This document shows positions 54,087 through 63,969 of a stretch of DNA of 64,000 bases, one piece after another. The notes beneath the pieces were generated by a model, which saw nothing but the letters and a program-made list of their open reading frames with translations, did not search any database and was not told where the DNA came from. The stretch comes from Candidatus Saccharimonadales bacterium (lineage in GTDB: Bacteria > Patescibacteriota > Saccharimonadia > Saccharimonadales > JACQNP01): assembly GCA_038257245.1 (NCBI GenBank), contig JBBSJL010000002.1, forward strand, positions 5,588-69,587. The letters run 5' to 3'. Positions within the stretch are counted from its first letter, which is position 1; the number at the start of each line of letters is the position of its first letter. A program made the position numbers and the translations under genes.

Positions 54087-55087
54087 AAAGTTTCTGGTTT
54101 GTACCATTCGGGTGAATTCTTGAGAAGCTCTTCTAGCTCAGATTCTTTCAGTAGCCCTGCTTGGGCACCAGCTTTTTGAACAACGTTCATAGAATTGATA
54201 GGTGCCCACTGAAGTGCCCCTTCGATTGTATTGCCTTTTATGAGTGCTGCAACGAAAGTGCTTGCAAAAGCATCTCCAGCCCCTGTTCGTTCGTAAGGAG
54301 GGGCAGGGTCAGGATACGGTGGCATTTTGTACCTGTTTTGACCGTCGCTAGCATATGCACCAGCTGGACCATCTGTTATACAAACTATCTTTGCGCCAGC
54401 CTGATGTAGTCGATCAAATAATTCATTAATATTATCGTAGTCACCATCGGTAATCATCACGGCTTCTTCTCTATTAAGTACCAAAACTTCGGTTCTCTGA
54501 TAGAGTTTTAGCAATCTATCAATACCCGCCTCTAGCTGAAAAGTACCGGGCTGGAGGGCAAGTTTAACTTCCGGATTATCGTCTAGCCATTCAATAACGT
54601 GATCGTGGTAAGAATCTAGAGAATTCTTACTTATTGAGCTAAAGTAAACCCACTCTGGGACATCTGCCGCCCTAAAGCGAGGCCAATGATAGTCATATTC
54701 CTCATGCTTTATAAGTATGGTACGTTCTTCTTTGTACCAAAGTACATAGTGATAATTGCTGATTTTTTTGGGGTTTACGTGTACAAACCGAGTATCTACA
54801 CCCTTGTTGTTTAGAGAGTTGATGATGTCTCTACCGAATTGGTCACTTCCGACGTTAGATATTAGCCCGCTCTCTATGCCCAATTTTTCAAAGCTTACAG
54901 CAGCGTTGGCTGCATTTCCAACACCCTCAATCACTTCTGCATTGTCAAACGGCACCTTAGAACCAAAAGGCATAGCTAACCATTTGCCGTCTTCGTTTTC
55001 ATAAGTATGCGCTCTATCATCTAATAATTTAATGAATGCATCGGTTACAACATCTCCGATACAGAATACTTGCATTTTGTTACTCAT
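54083..55087 (-). CDS. PfkB-family carbohydrate/sugar-phosphate kinase
   Basis: 334 aa with an N-terminal GVGNAANAAV (di-Gly region) and C-terminal TGAGDAFASTF (PfkB signature 2). Confidence 0.85.
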   Translation of the reverse strand: MSNKMQVFCIGDVVTDAFIKLLDDRAHTYENEDGKWLAMPFGSKVPFDNAEVIEGVGNAANAAVSFEKLGIESGLISNVGSDQFGRDIINSLNNKGVDTRFVHVNPKKISNYHYVLWYKEERTILIKHEEYDYHWPRFRAADVPEWVYFSSISKNSLDSYHDHVIEWLDDNPEVKLALQPGTFQLEAGIDRLLKLYQRTEVLVLNREEAVMITDGDYDNINELFDRLHQAGAKIVCITDGPAGAYASDGQNRYKMPPYPDPAPPYERTGAGDAFASTFVAALIKGNTIEGALQWAPINSMNVVQKAGAQAGLLKESELEELLKNSPEWYKPETF

Positions 55088-55157
55088 CCCACCACTCTTT
55101 CTTTATCATGCTTATGCTTTGTACCATTGTGTCATAATCATAAAAACTTTTCAAAGA

Positions 55158-56069
55158 TTATACTTGGGCCTTACCCGTAGCATTAAACAGATCGATTCTT
55201 TCTTCTACGACGAGTTGGACCGCATTAATTACTTCGCCCATTAATTTAACTACCGCATATTCATCTGGTTCATCTCGTAAAACTTTTTCCAGTGTCTGTC
55301 TGTAAGCCACCCTCATATCGCTGTTTATATTTATCTTACTTACTCCATTTTTGACTGCAGACTGGAAATAATGACCTGGCGTTCCACTTCCACCGTGAAG
55401 TGATATATTACAATTCGTAGCAGCCCTTAGCTGTTTTAATAACTCAATGTTCAACTTCTTTGGTACAGGGTATTTACCATGTAAATTACCGATAGCTGCG
55501 GCGTAGGTATCTATACCGGTAGCTTCAACAAATAACCGCATATCCTCTGGCGTACTAAACGTCTTTTTTATTTCTTCGTAATCAATTTTTTCCTTGTGCA
55601 GGTTAGATGATCCACCAAAATAATGTGGCTCACTCTCTACTATTGCCCCTGTTAACCTAGCATATTCAACAACCTGGCGTGTTTCAGCAATAATTTCTTC
55701 CTGTGTAGCCTCCCTGCGTGCTTGGCTAATATCAATATGAATAAATTCGTAACCAGCCTCTATCCCGGCGATTGCTCCTGCTACAGTTGGACAGTGATCA
55801 AGATTTATGTACATCTCTATACCTAGCTCTTCTTTGTAGTTATCAACCATGTCACGAACATTCTCGAGCCCTAGAGCATCGACTTCACCTTGACTTACTT
55901 CCACCATTAACGGAGCTTGTTTAGCCGCAGCGGCCCTGGCAATCGCGATTAGCGTATCTTGATTGTCTATATTGAATGCACCCAGAGCATAGTGACCTTC
56001 ACGTGAACGTCGCATTGAGTCTCGTGCATCCTGACAATTTTTACGCATTTGTTCTAACGATAAAGCCAT
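55158..56069 (-). CDS. fba: Class II fructose-bisphosphate aldolase
   Basis: 303 aa with NLDHC, SLHGGSG and KININSD motifs. Confidence 0.9.
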   Translation of the reverse strand: MALSLEQMRKNCQDARDSMRRSREGHYALGAFNIDNQDTLIAIARAAAAKQAPLMVEVSQGEVDALGLENVRDMVDNYKEELGIEMYINLDHCPTVAGAIAGIEAGYEFIHIDISQARREATQEEIIAETRQVVEYARLTGAIVESEPHYFGGSSNLHKEKIDYEEIKKTFSTPEDMRLFVEATGIDTYAAAIGNLHGKYPVPKKLNIELLKQLRAATNCNISLHGGSGTPGHYFQSAVKNGVSKININSDMRVAYRQTLEKVLRDEPDEYAVVKLMGEVINAVQLVVEERIDLFNATGKAQV

Positions 56070-56085
56070 ATTTCACCTATACTTT

Positions 56086-57060
56086 CTAATTTGACACCAT
56101 ATCATGTGCCGTTAATATTATATTCTTGGACGTCAAACCAAAATGTTCCAGTAGCTCATCTGGATTACCTGACTCGCCAAATCGATCTTTGATGCCAATT
56201 CGTTTAATAGGAACCGGGAACTCTTCGCCAAGCAATTCTGATATTGCCCCGCCAAGCCCCCCATTAATCTGAGCTTCTTCGATTGTTATAACCATTTTAG
56301 TTTTTTTTACGCTCTGCAATATTGTAACGGCATCCAGTGGTTTTATTGTTGGGCAATGTATTACTTCTGCATCGATTCCATCTTTAAACAATTTTTCAGC
56401 TGCTACCATAGCGTGATACGTCATAGTGCCAGTTGAAATTAGTGTTATGTCGTCACCTTTTGTATAAACATATGCTTGTCCTATTTCAAATGGGGTTTTT
56501 TGTGTAGTAAGAATCGGGGTTGCCTCTCTTGCAAGCCTAATATAGTTTGGGCGAGAATCATTTGACATTGCGATCGTCATTTTGTGTGCTTCTATACTGT
56601 CCCCAGGTGCCATAACTACCATATTAGGCAAGGATCTCATCAGGGCAATATCTTCGAGCATCTGATGGGTGGCACCATCCTTGCCTGTATAAAGGCCTGC
56701 GTGGGCACCAACAATTTTTACTGGTCTGTCATTAAGGCAAATCGTTGTTCTAATTTGCTCCCAGTTACGCCCTGGACTAAATGCAGCATAGCTACTGACG
56801 AATGGTATTTTACCCATTGCCGCCAAGCCAGAACCAACGGTAACCAAATTCTGTTCCGCAACACCAACTTCTATAAATCGTTCAGGAAACTCACTAGCAA
56901 AGTGGCTAATTTGAGTCGAATCTGTCAAATCTGCACAAGCTGCCACTACTTGGTCGTTCAATCTTCCTGCTTCTAATAGTCCGGTTCCAAAACCTTTTCT
57001 ATTAGGCTCTTTGGCAATATCCTTAGCCATAATATTATCAATCAGATGCAGATTACTCAT
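56086..57060 (-). CDS. Transketolase, C-terminal (pyrimidine-binding) subunit
   Basis: ORF 56086..57099 with a VGVAEQNLVTVGSGLA motif. The start ATG 57060 (MSNLHL) overlaps the upstream subunit's stop by 8 nt (ATGAGTAA). Confidence 0.9.
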   Translation of the reverse strand: MSNLHLIDNIMAKDIAKEPNRKGFGTGLLEAGRLNDQVVAACADLTDSTQISHFASEFPERFIEVGVAEQNLVTVGSGLAAMGKIPFVSSYAAFSPGRNWEQIRTTICLNDRPVKIVGAHAGLYTGKDGATHQMLEDIALMRSLPNMVVMAPGDSIEAHKMTIAMSNDSRPNYIRLAREATPILTTQKTPFEIGQAYVYTKGDDITLISTGTMTYHAMVAAEKLFKDGIDAEVIHCPTIKPLDAVTILQSVKKTKMVITIEEAQINGGLGGAISELLGEEFPVPIKRIGIKDRFGESGNPDELLEHFGLTSKNIILTAHDMVSN

Positions 57061-57916
57061 GTTCACTCCTAATTTTACCGCGAAGTGTACGCAGCTCATG
57101 TAGTGCTACTTTTGCCTGTTCTTTATCTGGCTGGGCACCGTGCCATTTGAAATCATACTCCATAAAATCAACACCCCTGCCTGGTACAGTATGAGCAATA
57201 ATCACCGTCGGCTTTTCAATGATTGCCCTTGCCATTGCACAGGCATCGATTATTGCCTCAATGTTATTGCCGTCAATTTCAATAACATGCCAGCCAAAGG
57301 CATGCCATTTGGCGCTCAGGTCTTCTAGAGGCATCACTGATTCGGTTGGACCATCTATTTGTATGTTATTTCTATCGATTATTCCTATTATATTGCTAAG
57401 CTTATACTTGCTGGCTAGCATCGCTGCTTCCCAAATATTGCCTTCATTAAGTTCGCCATCACCCATTACCGTATATATCCAACGATGATTATCTTTATTA
57501 ATATTCATCGCTAGCGCCATGCCGCATGCCTGGCTTAAACCACACCCCAAGGGGCCACTCGTGTTTTCCAGTCCTGGCAACTTTGTGCGTTCTGGGTGAC
57601 CCTGCAAACGCGAACCAAATTGTCTTAGAGTAAGTAATTCTTTTTTATCAAAATACCCGGAATGAGCCATTGCGGCATATTGAATGGGTACACAATGCCC
57701 GTTGCTCAGTAACAAAATATCTCGTTGGTCCCAATCAGGTTTTTTCGGATCATGCTTTAATACATCGAAATATAATGCCGTAAAAATATCCGTTAAACCC
57801 AACGGGCCTGCACTATGACCGCTACCGGCATGCTCTAGCATTTTAATAATATCTTGACGTATGTCGTTAGCTTTTAATTCAAGCTCTTTATTGGAGAGTG
57901 ATTTATTGTCTACCAT
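57053..57916 (-). CDS. Transketolase, N-terminal (TPP-binding) subunit
   Basis: 287 aa with GSGHSAGPLG and GDGELNEGNIWEA motifs. Confidence 0.9.
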   Translation of the reverse strand: MVDNKSLSNKELELKANDIRQDIIKMLEHAGSGHSAGPLGLTDIFTALYFDVLKHDPKKPDWDQRDILLLSNGHCVPIQYAAMAHSGYFDKKELLTLRQFGSRLQGHPERTKLPGLENTSGPLGCGLSQACGMALAMNINKDNHRWIYTVMGDGELNEGNIWEAAMLASKYKLSNIIGIIDRNNIQIDGPTESVMPLEDLSAKWHAFGWHVIEIDGNNIEAIIDACAMARAIIEKPTVIIAHTVPGRGVDFMEYDFKWHGAQPDKEQAKVALHELRTLRGKIRSEHE

Positions 57917-57927
57917 ATCGCTTATGA

Positions 57928-58554
57928 TTATAGCTGATCTACTATTTTTTGATAAGACCGTTCTGGATTATCTGACTTCTGGATATAGCCGCCAACATTT
58001 AAAACTTCCACGCCAGCTTGTAATAATTTCTGGGCATTCTGATCATCAATGCCGCCGTCCCAGCCTATCTCTACGTCGTGATATTCAGATCTAATCTGAG
58101 CAACTTTTGCTAGATTCTTTACATCAAATACCCCGCCCTGATGACCAAGATTACCACTAAATACCAGTACGTGATCGAAACTGTGCATTATTTTATAAAT
58201 GTTCTCGACCGGTGTTTCTTGTAATATTGATAGTCCAGCTTTTATATCTGCTTTATGTAGCTCTGCAACGAAATGCATATGGTGAACATCGACCTCAGCC
58301 TGAATAATCACCATGTGTGGTTTTAGTCTGACTAACTGGTCAAGATAATCCATTGGTTTTTGATACATTAGATGAATATCAACCACAGAAACATGTGGGA
58401 GCCAAATCTCACTTAAAGCTGGTGACTTGGTTGGAGCAAAAATGCCATCCATTAGATCTATATGTATGCGGCCTGAGAGCTTACTAGCTATATCTAGTTG
58501 TCTGCGATATTCGCGTAAATCGAAGGTTGTAACTGTAGGACAAACAATCGCCAT
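57928..58554 (-). CDS. rpe: Ribulose-phosphate 3-epimerase-like protein (divergent)
   Basis: 208 aa with HIDLMDGIFAP, IGWDGGI and the pattern of a TIM-barrel phosphate binder. It sits in a pentose-phosphate context. Confidence 0.7.
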   Translation of the reverse strand: MAIVCPTVTTFDLREYRRQLDIASKLSGRIHIDLMDGIFAPTKSPALSEIWLPHVSVVDIHLMYQKPMDYLDQLVRLKPHMVIIQAEVDVHHMHFVAELHKADIKAGLSILQETPVENIYKIMHSFDHVLVFSGNLGHQGGVFDVKNLAKVAQIRSEYHDVEIGWDGGIDDQNAQKLLQAGVEVLNVGGYIQKSDNPERSYQKIVDQL

Positions 58555-58998
58555 CTATAGCTCATCGAGTTCTTTTATTCTTCGCTTAAATCTGGGGGCA
58601 CCAGCAAAGGCTGTATTAAGCCAAGTTTCTACAACGATCTTTATCTCATCCTTGTCCAGAAAACTAGCTGGTAAGCAAAGTACGTTGCTGTCGTCATCAT
58701 TCCTGGCCGAGCGCACAGACTCCCTGTTATAGCCTAGGCATGCTCTTATACCCTTGAATCTATTGGCGGCCATACACATCCCCTGTCCACTACCACAAAT
58801 TAGAATACCCCTAGGATCTGAACTGTTACTTGATAGCATGTCAGTTACGACTTGCTTTGCAAACACCGGAAAATCATCATTCGGGTCTAGGGTATCATTA
58901 CCGTCTTCATGCACTTCGTATCCTGCTCTCTTAAGATAATCCATAAGATTTCTCTTAATTCGTAGCCCATTGTGATCGGCACCAACAAAAATTTTCAT
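58555..58998 (-). CDS. rpiB: Ribose-5-phosphate isomerase B
   Basis: 147 aa with MKIFVGADHNG and ICGSGQGMCMAANR. Confidence 0.92.
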   Translation of the reverse strand: MKIFVGADHNGLRIKRNLMDYLKRAGYEVHEDGNDTLDPNDDFPVFAKQVVTDMLSSNSSDPRGILICGSGQGMCMAANRFKGIRACLGYNRESVRSARNDDDSNVLCLPASFLDKDEIKIVVETWLNTAFAGAPRFKRRIKELDEL

Positions 58999-59004
58999 AA
59001 CTAT

Positions 59005-60021
59005 TTACGCTGCGTGGAGTAATCGCCCAACATCCGCAACAACCTCAACTAAACGGTTGCTATATCCCCACTCGTTATCGTACCAGGCAACCACTTTCAA
59101 CGTTCTGTTACCAACAACATTCGTCAAATTCAAGTCTACAATTGCGGAATGGCTATTTCCAATGAAATCACTCGAAACCAACTCCTCTTCAGTAACATCC
59201 AATATACCTTGATAGTAAGGCTCTTTAGCCGCTGCTTTGAAAGCATCATTAACGGTGTCAATCGTGACATCCTTTTTAGTGTTAATAACAAAGTCACTTA
59301 ACGATACTACACTGGTAGGTACTCGTACGCTCATACCGCCAAATATTCCTTTAATTGCAGGGAAAGCCTCTCCGGCAGAAATTGATGCACCAGTAGTAGT
59401 TGGTACAATATTTTCGGCAGCGTTACGTGATTCACGTAAATTCTTGGATGGCCCATCCTGTAACGACTGGCTAGCAGTATAGCTATGTATTGTGGTCATC
59501 ATGGCGTTTTCTATACCAAAATTACTTTCAATAATTGCCACTACAGGCGTAATGCAGTTGGTTGTACAGCTTGCGTTACTAATAATATCGTTAGCTGCAT
59601 CTAGAGCATCTTCATTTACGCCTAGCACTACCGTGGTTGCTCCTTCGCCCTTGGCTGGCGCTGAAATTACAACTTTTTTGGCACCAGCGTCAACGTGCGC
59701 TTTGGCCTTAGCTGGGTCAACGAAAAGGCCTGTTGACTCAATTACAACATCTATTTTTAACGACTTCCATGGTAATTTTGACGGATCACGCTCGGCAAGC
59801 ACCTTAATAGCTTTACCTTCTACAGTAATGTTCTCATCATCGTGTTCGACTTCTTTAGCATATGCTCCGTAATTACTGTCATGTTTAAGTAAATGCGCCA
59901 ATGTTTTCGTGTCTGTTAGGTCATTAATAGCTACGATTTCTATGTCACTTCTGTCGAATGCAACTTTAAAGGCGTTCCTACCTATTCTTCCAAACCCATT
60001 AATCGCAATTCGTGTTTTCAT
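59005..60021 (-). CDS. gap: Glyceraldehyde-3-phosphate dehydrogenase
   Basis: 338 aa with INGFGRIGRN, SNASCTTNC and WYDNEWGYS. Confidence 0.96.
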   Translation of the reverse strand: MKTRIAINGFGRIGRNAFKVAFDRSDIEIVAINDLTDTKTLAHLLKHDSNYGAYAKEVEHDDENITVEGKAIKVLAERDPSKLPWKSLKIDVVIESTGLFVDPAKAKAHVDAGAKKVVISAPAKGEGATTVVLGVNEDALDAANDIISNASCTTNCITPVVAIIESNFGIENAMMTTIHSYTASQSLQDGPSKNLRESRNAAENIVPTTTGASISAGEAFPAIKGIFGGMSVRVPTSVVSLSDFVINTKKDVTIDTVNDAFKAAAKEPYYQGILDVTEEELVSSDFIGNSHSAIVDLNLTNVVGNRTLKVVAWYDNEWGYSNRLVEVVADVGRLLHAA

Positions 60022-60062
60022 TACCCCACCTATCTTTTAACTGATTAAATCCTATGCTGTGT

Positions 60063-60091
60063 AGTATATAAGCATAAGTATTTCATAGCAA
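60063..60091 (-). promoter_or_regulatory. Candidate promoter of the gap-rpiB-rpe-tkt-fba block (TTGCTA-17-TATACT)
   Basis: Minus strand reads TTGCTA (60091..60086), a 17-nt spacer, then TATACT (60068..60063). A leader of about 40 nt with AGGTGGGG SD follows. Confidence 0.4.
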
Positions 60092-60094
60092 GAG

Positions 60095-60625
60095 TTACTG
60101 ATTTTTCCAACGCTCGATACATTCCTTTATAATTTCTTTTGCTTCCGCTACATCACCAAAACCCAATACTTTTGTTGAACCTGGTTTTTTTAGATCTTTG
60201 TAATGGTTAAAGTGATGTTCAATCTGAGCCTTCCAGGTTGAAGAAATATCATCAATGTCCTTTATATCACTCCCCCAGTGCCTATCATCGTCAGCAACAC
60301 AGATCACTTTATGATCCATATCTCCGCCGTCTTCAAACTTCATAATACCCACTATTCTGGCATTGATTTTTACACCAGTTGGTACAGGTTCATCTATCAC
60401 AAGAAGAACGTCGAGCTCGTCACCGTCATCGTCAAGAGTTTGCGGAATAAATCCATAGTTACACGGTTTTGCAAAAATCCAAGGCTCAACACGATCAAGT
60501 TCAAATATAGCTTGTTTTCTATTCCACTCAATCTTGAGTTTTGATCCTTTTGGGATTTCATTTATTACATTAATCACACCACCGTCAACATCGCCTGCAT
60601 CAAATATTTTGTTAAAATCTGCCAT
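60095..60625 (-). CDS. ppa: Inorganic pyrophosphatase (family I)
   Basis: 176 aa with DGDELDVLLV and DHKVICV motifs. AAGGAG SD upstream. Confidence 0.93.
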   Translation of the reverse strand: MADFNKIFDAGDVDGGVINVINEIPKGSKLKIEWNRKQAIFELDRVEPWIFAKPCNYGFIPQTLDDDGDELDVLLVIDEPVPTGVKINARIVGIMKFEDGGDMDHKVICVADDDRHWGSDIKDIDDISSTWKAQIEHHFNHYKDLKKPGSTKVLGFGDVAEAKEIIKECIERWKNQ

Positions 60626-60668
60626 TATTTCTCCTTTACATCATAAACTATTGTACACTAGTAATAAC

Positions 60669-61358
60669 ATGAAAGTAATGGGACACCGGGGAGCGGCAGG
60701 GCTTGCTCTGGAGAATACGCTTGACGGCTTTAAACTAGCTAAAATACTAGGCGTAGATTCTATCGAGCTTGATATTCATATTACAAAAGATAACCATCTA
60801 GTTGTCGTACATGACAGTAATCTGAGTCGTGTAAGTAACAACAGTCGTATCGTTAGACAATCAACGCTGAAAGAGATCCAATCTATCACACTGTTTGACG
60901 AAATATCATATGTCCCAACGCTAGAGGAAGTGCTTGTGGTTACCAAAAAAATTCCACTGTTTATAGAGATCAAAGCTGAGGGCTGCATTGATGAGCTAAT
61001 CAAGATAATCGGTAAGCACAAAATGAGAGACTTAACTATAGTTTCATTTAAGCATAATGAACTACAGAAACTGAGATCACTGAAACCAGATTTAATGTTA
61101 TACGCCAACGAACGTACAAAACCATTCGAAATTATTCAGTTTGCTAGAAGCCTGAAACTAAACGGAATAGGACTCAATTATTGGCTGCTCAATCCTTTGA
61201 CATACTGGATGGCAAAACGGAGTAAATTAGATATTTTTGTTTACACTGTTAATAGTAAGTTCATTGGGAATATTATTAGATTGTTATACCCGAAGGTAAT
61301 GATCTGCTCAGACTACCCCGAGCGCTTCCTTAAGCATCACAGTTTGCTAGATAAGTAG
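60669..61358 (+). CDS. Glycerophosphodiester phosphodiesterase
   Basis: ORF 60534..61358. The GDPD N-terminus MKVMGHRGAAGLALENT...ELDIHITKDNHLVVVHD begins at ATG 60669. The earlier codons overlap ppa on the opposite strand. Confidence 0.85.
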   Translation: MKVMGHRGAAGLALENTLDGFKLAKILGVDSIELDIHITKDNHLVVVHDSNLSRVSNNSRIVRQSTLKEIQSITLFDEISYVPTLEEVLVVTKKIPLFIEIKAEGCIDELIKIIGKHKMRDLTIVSFKHNELQKLRSLKPDLMLYANERTKPFEIIQFARSLKLNGIGLNYWLLNPLTYWMAKRSKLDIFVYTVNSKFIGNIIRLLYPKVMICSDYPERFLKHHSLLDK

Positions 61359-61363
61359 GAATA

Positions 61364-62071
61364 ATGAACGCCACTTTCATAAAAAAGGTAAACCTTACAT
61401 CCAATATCTGGAGCTTTTACTTTAAGCCATATAAACCTATGGATTATACTGCTGGGCAGTTCGTCGAGATTACCCTAGATTTGCCACAATCTAGCGGCGG
61501 CAAGCCCAAGCGCTGGTTTACTATTTCATCACCCCCGACACAAACTAACAATTTTACTATCACTACTCGTCTATATCCTAGTAATCCAAGCGACTTCAAA
61601 CAAGCTTTATCGAATTTAAAACCAGGTAGTACAGTAAATATCAGTGATGCCATGGGTGACTTTGTGCTACCAAAAGATGAGACTATACCCCTCGTGTTTA
61701 TCGCGAGAGGTATAGGTATTACACCGTTTGTAAGTATGATTGAGTGGCTTGAACAAACAGGCAATTCACGCAAAATCACACTCATATACAGCGTAAGAAC
61801 TAACCAAGACGTGGCATTTAAAGACTCGTTGTCTCTTTTAGGTAATGACTTAGTTATCGCTGTCGATCACCTCGCAAAACAAGGCCATATTTCAAACGAG
61901 TTAGATTATAAAGCCTTGCCTGCAATTTCTAAAAACCGAGAAAGCAGAACATACATATCTGGGCCTGAGAAATTTGTAGAAAACTTAAGAAACGAATTCA
62001 TGAGAAATAACTACAGCGAAAACAATGTTTTGGGTGATTATTTCCCTGGTTACGAAAACCAAGTTAACTAA
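61364..62071 (+). CDS. FNR-like FAD/NAD(P)-binding oxidoreductase
   Basis: 235 aa with GQFVEI, RWFTISS (RxYS-type FAD motif) and ARGIGITPFVS (NAD-binding glycine motif). Confidence 0.7.
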   Translation: MNATFIKKVNLTSNIWSFYFKPYKPMDYTAGQFVEITLDLPQSSGGKPKRWFTISSPPTQTNNFTITTRLYPSNPSDFKQALSNLKPGSTVNISDAMGDFVLPKDETIPLVFIARGIGITPFVSMIEWLEQTGNSRKITLIYSVRTNQDVAFKDSLSLLGNDLVIAVDHLAKQGHISNELDYKALPAISKNRESRTYISGPEKFVENLRNEFMRNNYSENNVLGDYFPGYENQVN

Positions 62072-62577
62072 AGTTGTTGAGTTGGGGGAATTTCAAAGTT
62101 GCTAATTTTTTTAGTTATATCTAAGTAGGTCACTATTTCACTATCAGTAAGATCAAACAGCCAGTATCTCATGGCGTGCTGAATTGCCTGGTCACCATCA
62201 TAAACCAACTTGATTCCTCTCCTAGAGCAACTAAGATACTTAACGCGCCTGTCTTTTAACGATACTTTCTGGCGAACCAAATTACGTTTTATCAAACTTT
62301 TTATTAACACGGCTGTCTGGGGCATGTTCATATCAAACATCTCTGCCAAACTCGACACCGTTACCTCGGACTGTTCATTGTCCACAATACTCTTCATTAC
62401 TATCCATTCTTGAAAAGTTATTTCTAAGCCTTCCAATGCTCTAGCAATAATAATTTTTAATGCATTGTTGGTCCGACTGTGCAAAATATACCAGTTGACC
62501 ATATTAAAAATTCGCTCGGCTTCAAGACCTGTTTCTGAAGTGTCGCCTCTAAACCTAATAGGAACCTTTAGAGCCAC
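62068..62577 (-). CDS. MarR-family transcriptional regulator
   Basis: 169 aa with a winged-HTH core (VSSLAEMFDMNMPQTAVLIKSLIKRNLVRQKVSLKDRRVKYL). The GTG start overlaps the trxB TAG by 1 nt. Confidence 0.75.
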   Translation of the reverse strand: MALKVPIRFRGDTSETGLEAERIFNMVNWYILHSRTNNALKIIIARALEGLEITFQEWIVMKSIVDNEQSEVTVSSLAEMFDMNMPQTAVLIKSLIKRNLVRQKVSLKDRRVKYLSCSRRGIKLVYDGDQAIQHAMRYWLFDLTDSEIVTYLDITKKISNFEIPPTQQL

Positions 62578-63515
62578 TACTTTTCTCCGGGTTTCTTCTC
62601 TAAGTATTCACGAATTCGAAGAGCAGCGGTAGCCCCCTCTCCTGAGGCACTTGCAATCTGCATTGTCGCTCCAGACCTAACATCGCCAGCACAAAATACG
62701 CCCTCCATATTTGTTTGCAAATTTCGGTCAGTCTTTATTAGCCCAATTTGGTCTAGTTCTATATTAGAGTTCTCCAAAAACTGCGTGTTGGGAAGTAGTC
62801 CAATAAATACAAATACTCCGTCAGTTGGAAATTCTGTCTTTTTTCCGTCTTTGGTTGCAAGAACCTTAGTAATTTTACTATCCTCTGCGATGATTTCATC
62901 AGTTGCCGTGTTTAGATGAACGGTTATTTTATCATTCTTCTCTAATTCTTGTACCAGAATACCCGACGCCTTTAAATTACTCCTAACTAACAAGTCGATC
63001 TTACTCGCAAACTTAGTTAAAAATAAGGATTCTTGAACTGCAGAATTACCACCACCCACTACTACCAAGTGTTTGTCACGGTAAAATGCTCCATCGCAAG
63101 TTGCGCAATAATGAACGCCACGTGCATAATACTCAGCTTCACCAGGAACACCCAACTTTTTATAATCGCTACCTGTGGCGATCAAAACTGCTTTAGCATA
63201 AATGTCTCCGTCAGTTGTTTCCAGCTTTCTAAGACCATCCTCGTCTCCAATTTTCGTAACTGCACCGAGTCTGATATCTGCGCCAAATCTAACGGCTTGC
63301 TTTTCCAACCCATCGGCCAACTCCAACCCTGCAATACCGTCTGGAAACCCTGGATAATTGTCCACCCAGTCAGTTGTCGCTGCAAGGCCACCTATAACTC
63401 CCTTTTCAAACAAGACCGTATCTATATCTTCACGCGTTGTGTAGATAGCTGCTGATAATGCTGCTGGACCAGCTCCTATCATTACTACATCATGAATTTC
63501 TTTATCAGCCACCAT
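62577..63515 (-). CDS. trxB: Thioredoxin-disulfide reductase
   Basis: 312 aa with GAGPAALSAAIY, the redox centre CATCDG and GGGNSAVQE. Confidence 0.93.
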   Translation of the reverse strand: MVADKEIHDVVMIGAGPAALSAAIYTTREDIDTVLFEKGVIGGLAATTDWVDNYPGFPDGIAGLELADGLEKQAVRFGADIRLGAVTKIGDEDGLRKLETTDGDIYAKAVLIATGSDYKKLGVPGEAEYYARGVHYCATCDGAFYRDKHLVVVGGGNSAVQESLFLTKFASKIDLLVRSNLKASGILVQELEKNDKITVHLNTATDEIIAEDSKITKVLATKDGKKTEFPTDGVFVFIGLLPNTQFLENSNIELDQIGLIKTDRNLQTNMEGVFCAGDVRSGATMQIASASGEGATAALRIREYLEKKPGEK

Positions 63516-63969
63516 TTACCTCCCTAAGAGCTGTCTTACAATAGTATATTACATGTTCTGGTGCTCTATCCCCAAGCTCGTCCAGTTCATCAATAGTAAA
63601 CCATTTCATTTCTTCATGCTCATCTGACAATACATAATCAGCTGATTTAGCCAGGCAAAAATAGGTTAGTCCAATGTGTCTATGCGGTGCATTCGCATCA
63701 TGTATATCAATAAATCTAGGACGCCATAGTATCTCCGAGTTCGATGACTTTAGGTCTGGTTTTTCGCTTAGAACGTCCACCTCCAAGCCACATTCCTCTT
63801 TAATCTCACGTAGCAAGGCTTGGTCGGGATTTTCATTTAATTCTATATGGCCGCCTAGACAGAGCCATTTTTTGTACCTTGGGTGTAACACCAATAGAAC
63901 CTTGTCCTTATCGGGGTGAATCATTACTGGCGCAACAGTAAAGTCTATAAGCTCGTGAATGTGCCCCAT
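63505..63969 (-). CDS. NUDIX hydrolase
   Basis: 154 aa with the Nudix box GGHIELNENPDQALLREIKEECGL. It overlaps trxB by 11 nt. Confidence 0.85.
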   Translation of the reverse strand: MGHIHELIDFTVAPVMIHPDKDKVLLVLHPRYKKWLCLGGHIELNENPDQALLREIKEECGLEVDVLSEKPDLKSSNSEILWRPRFIDIHDANAPHRHIGLTYFCLAKSADYVLSDEHEEMKWFTIDELDELGDRAPEHVIYYCKTALREVNGG

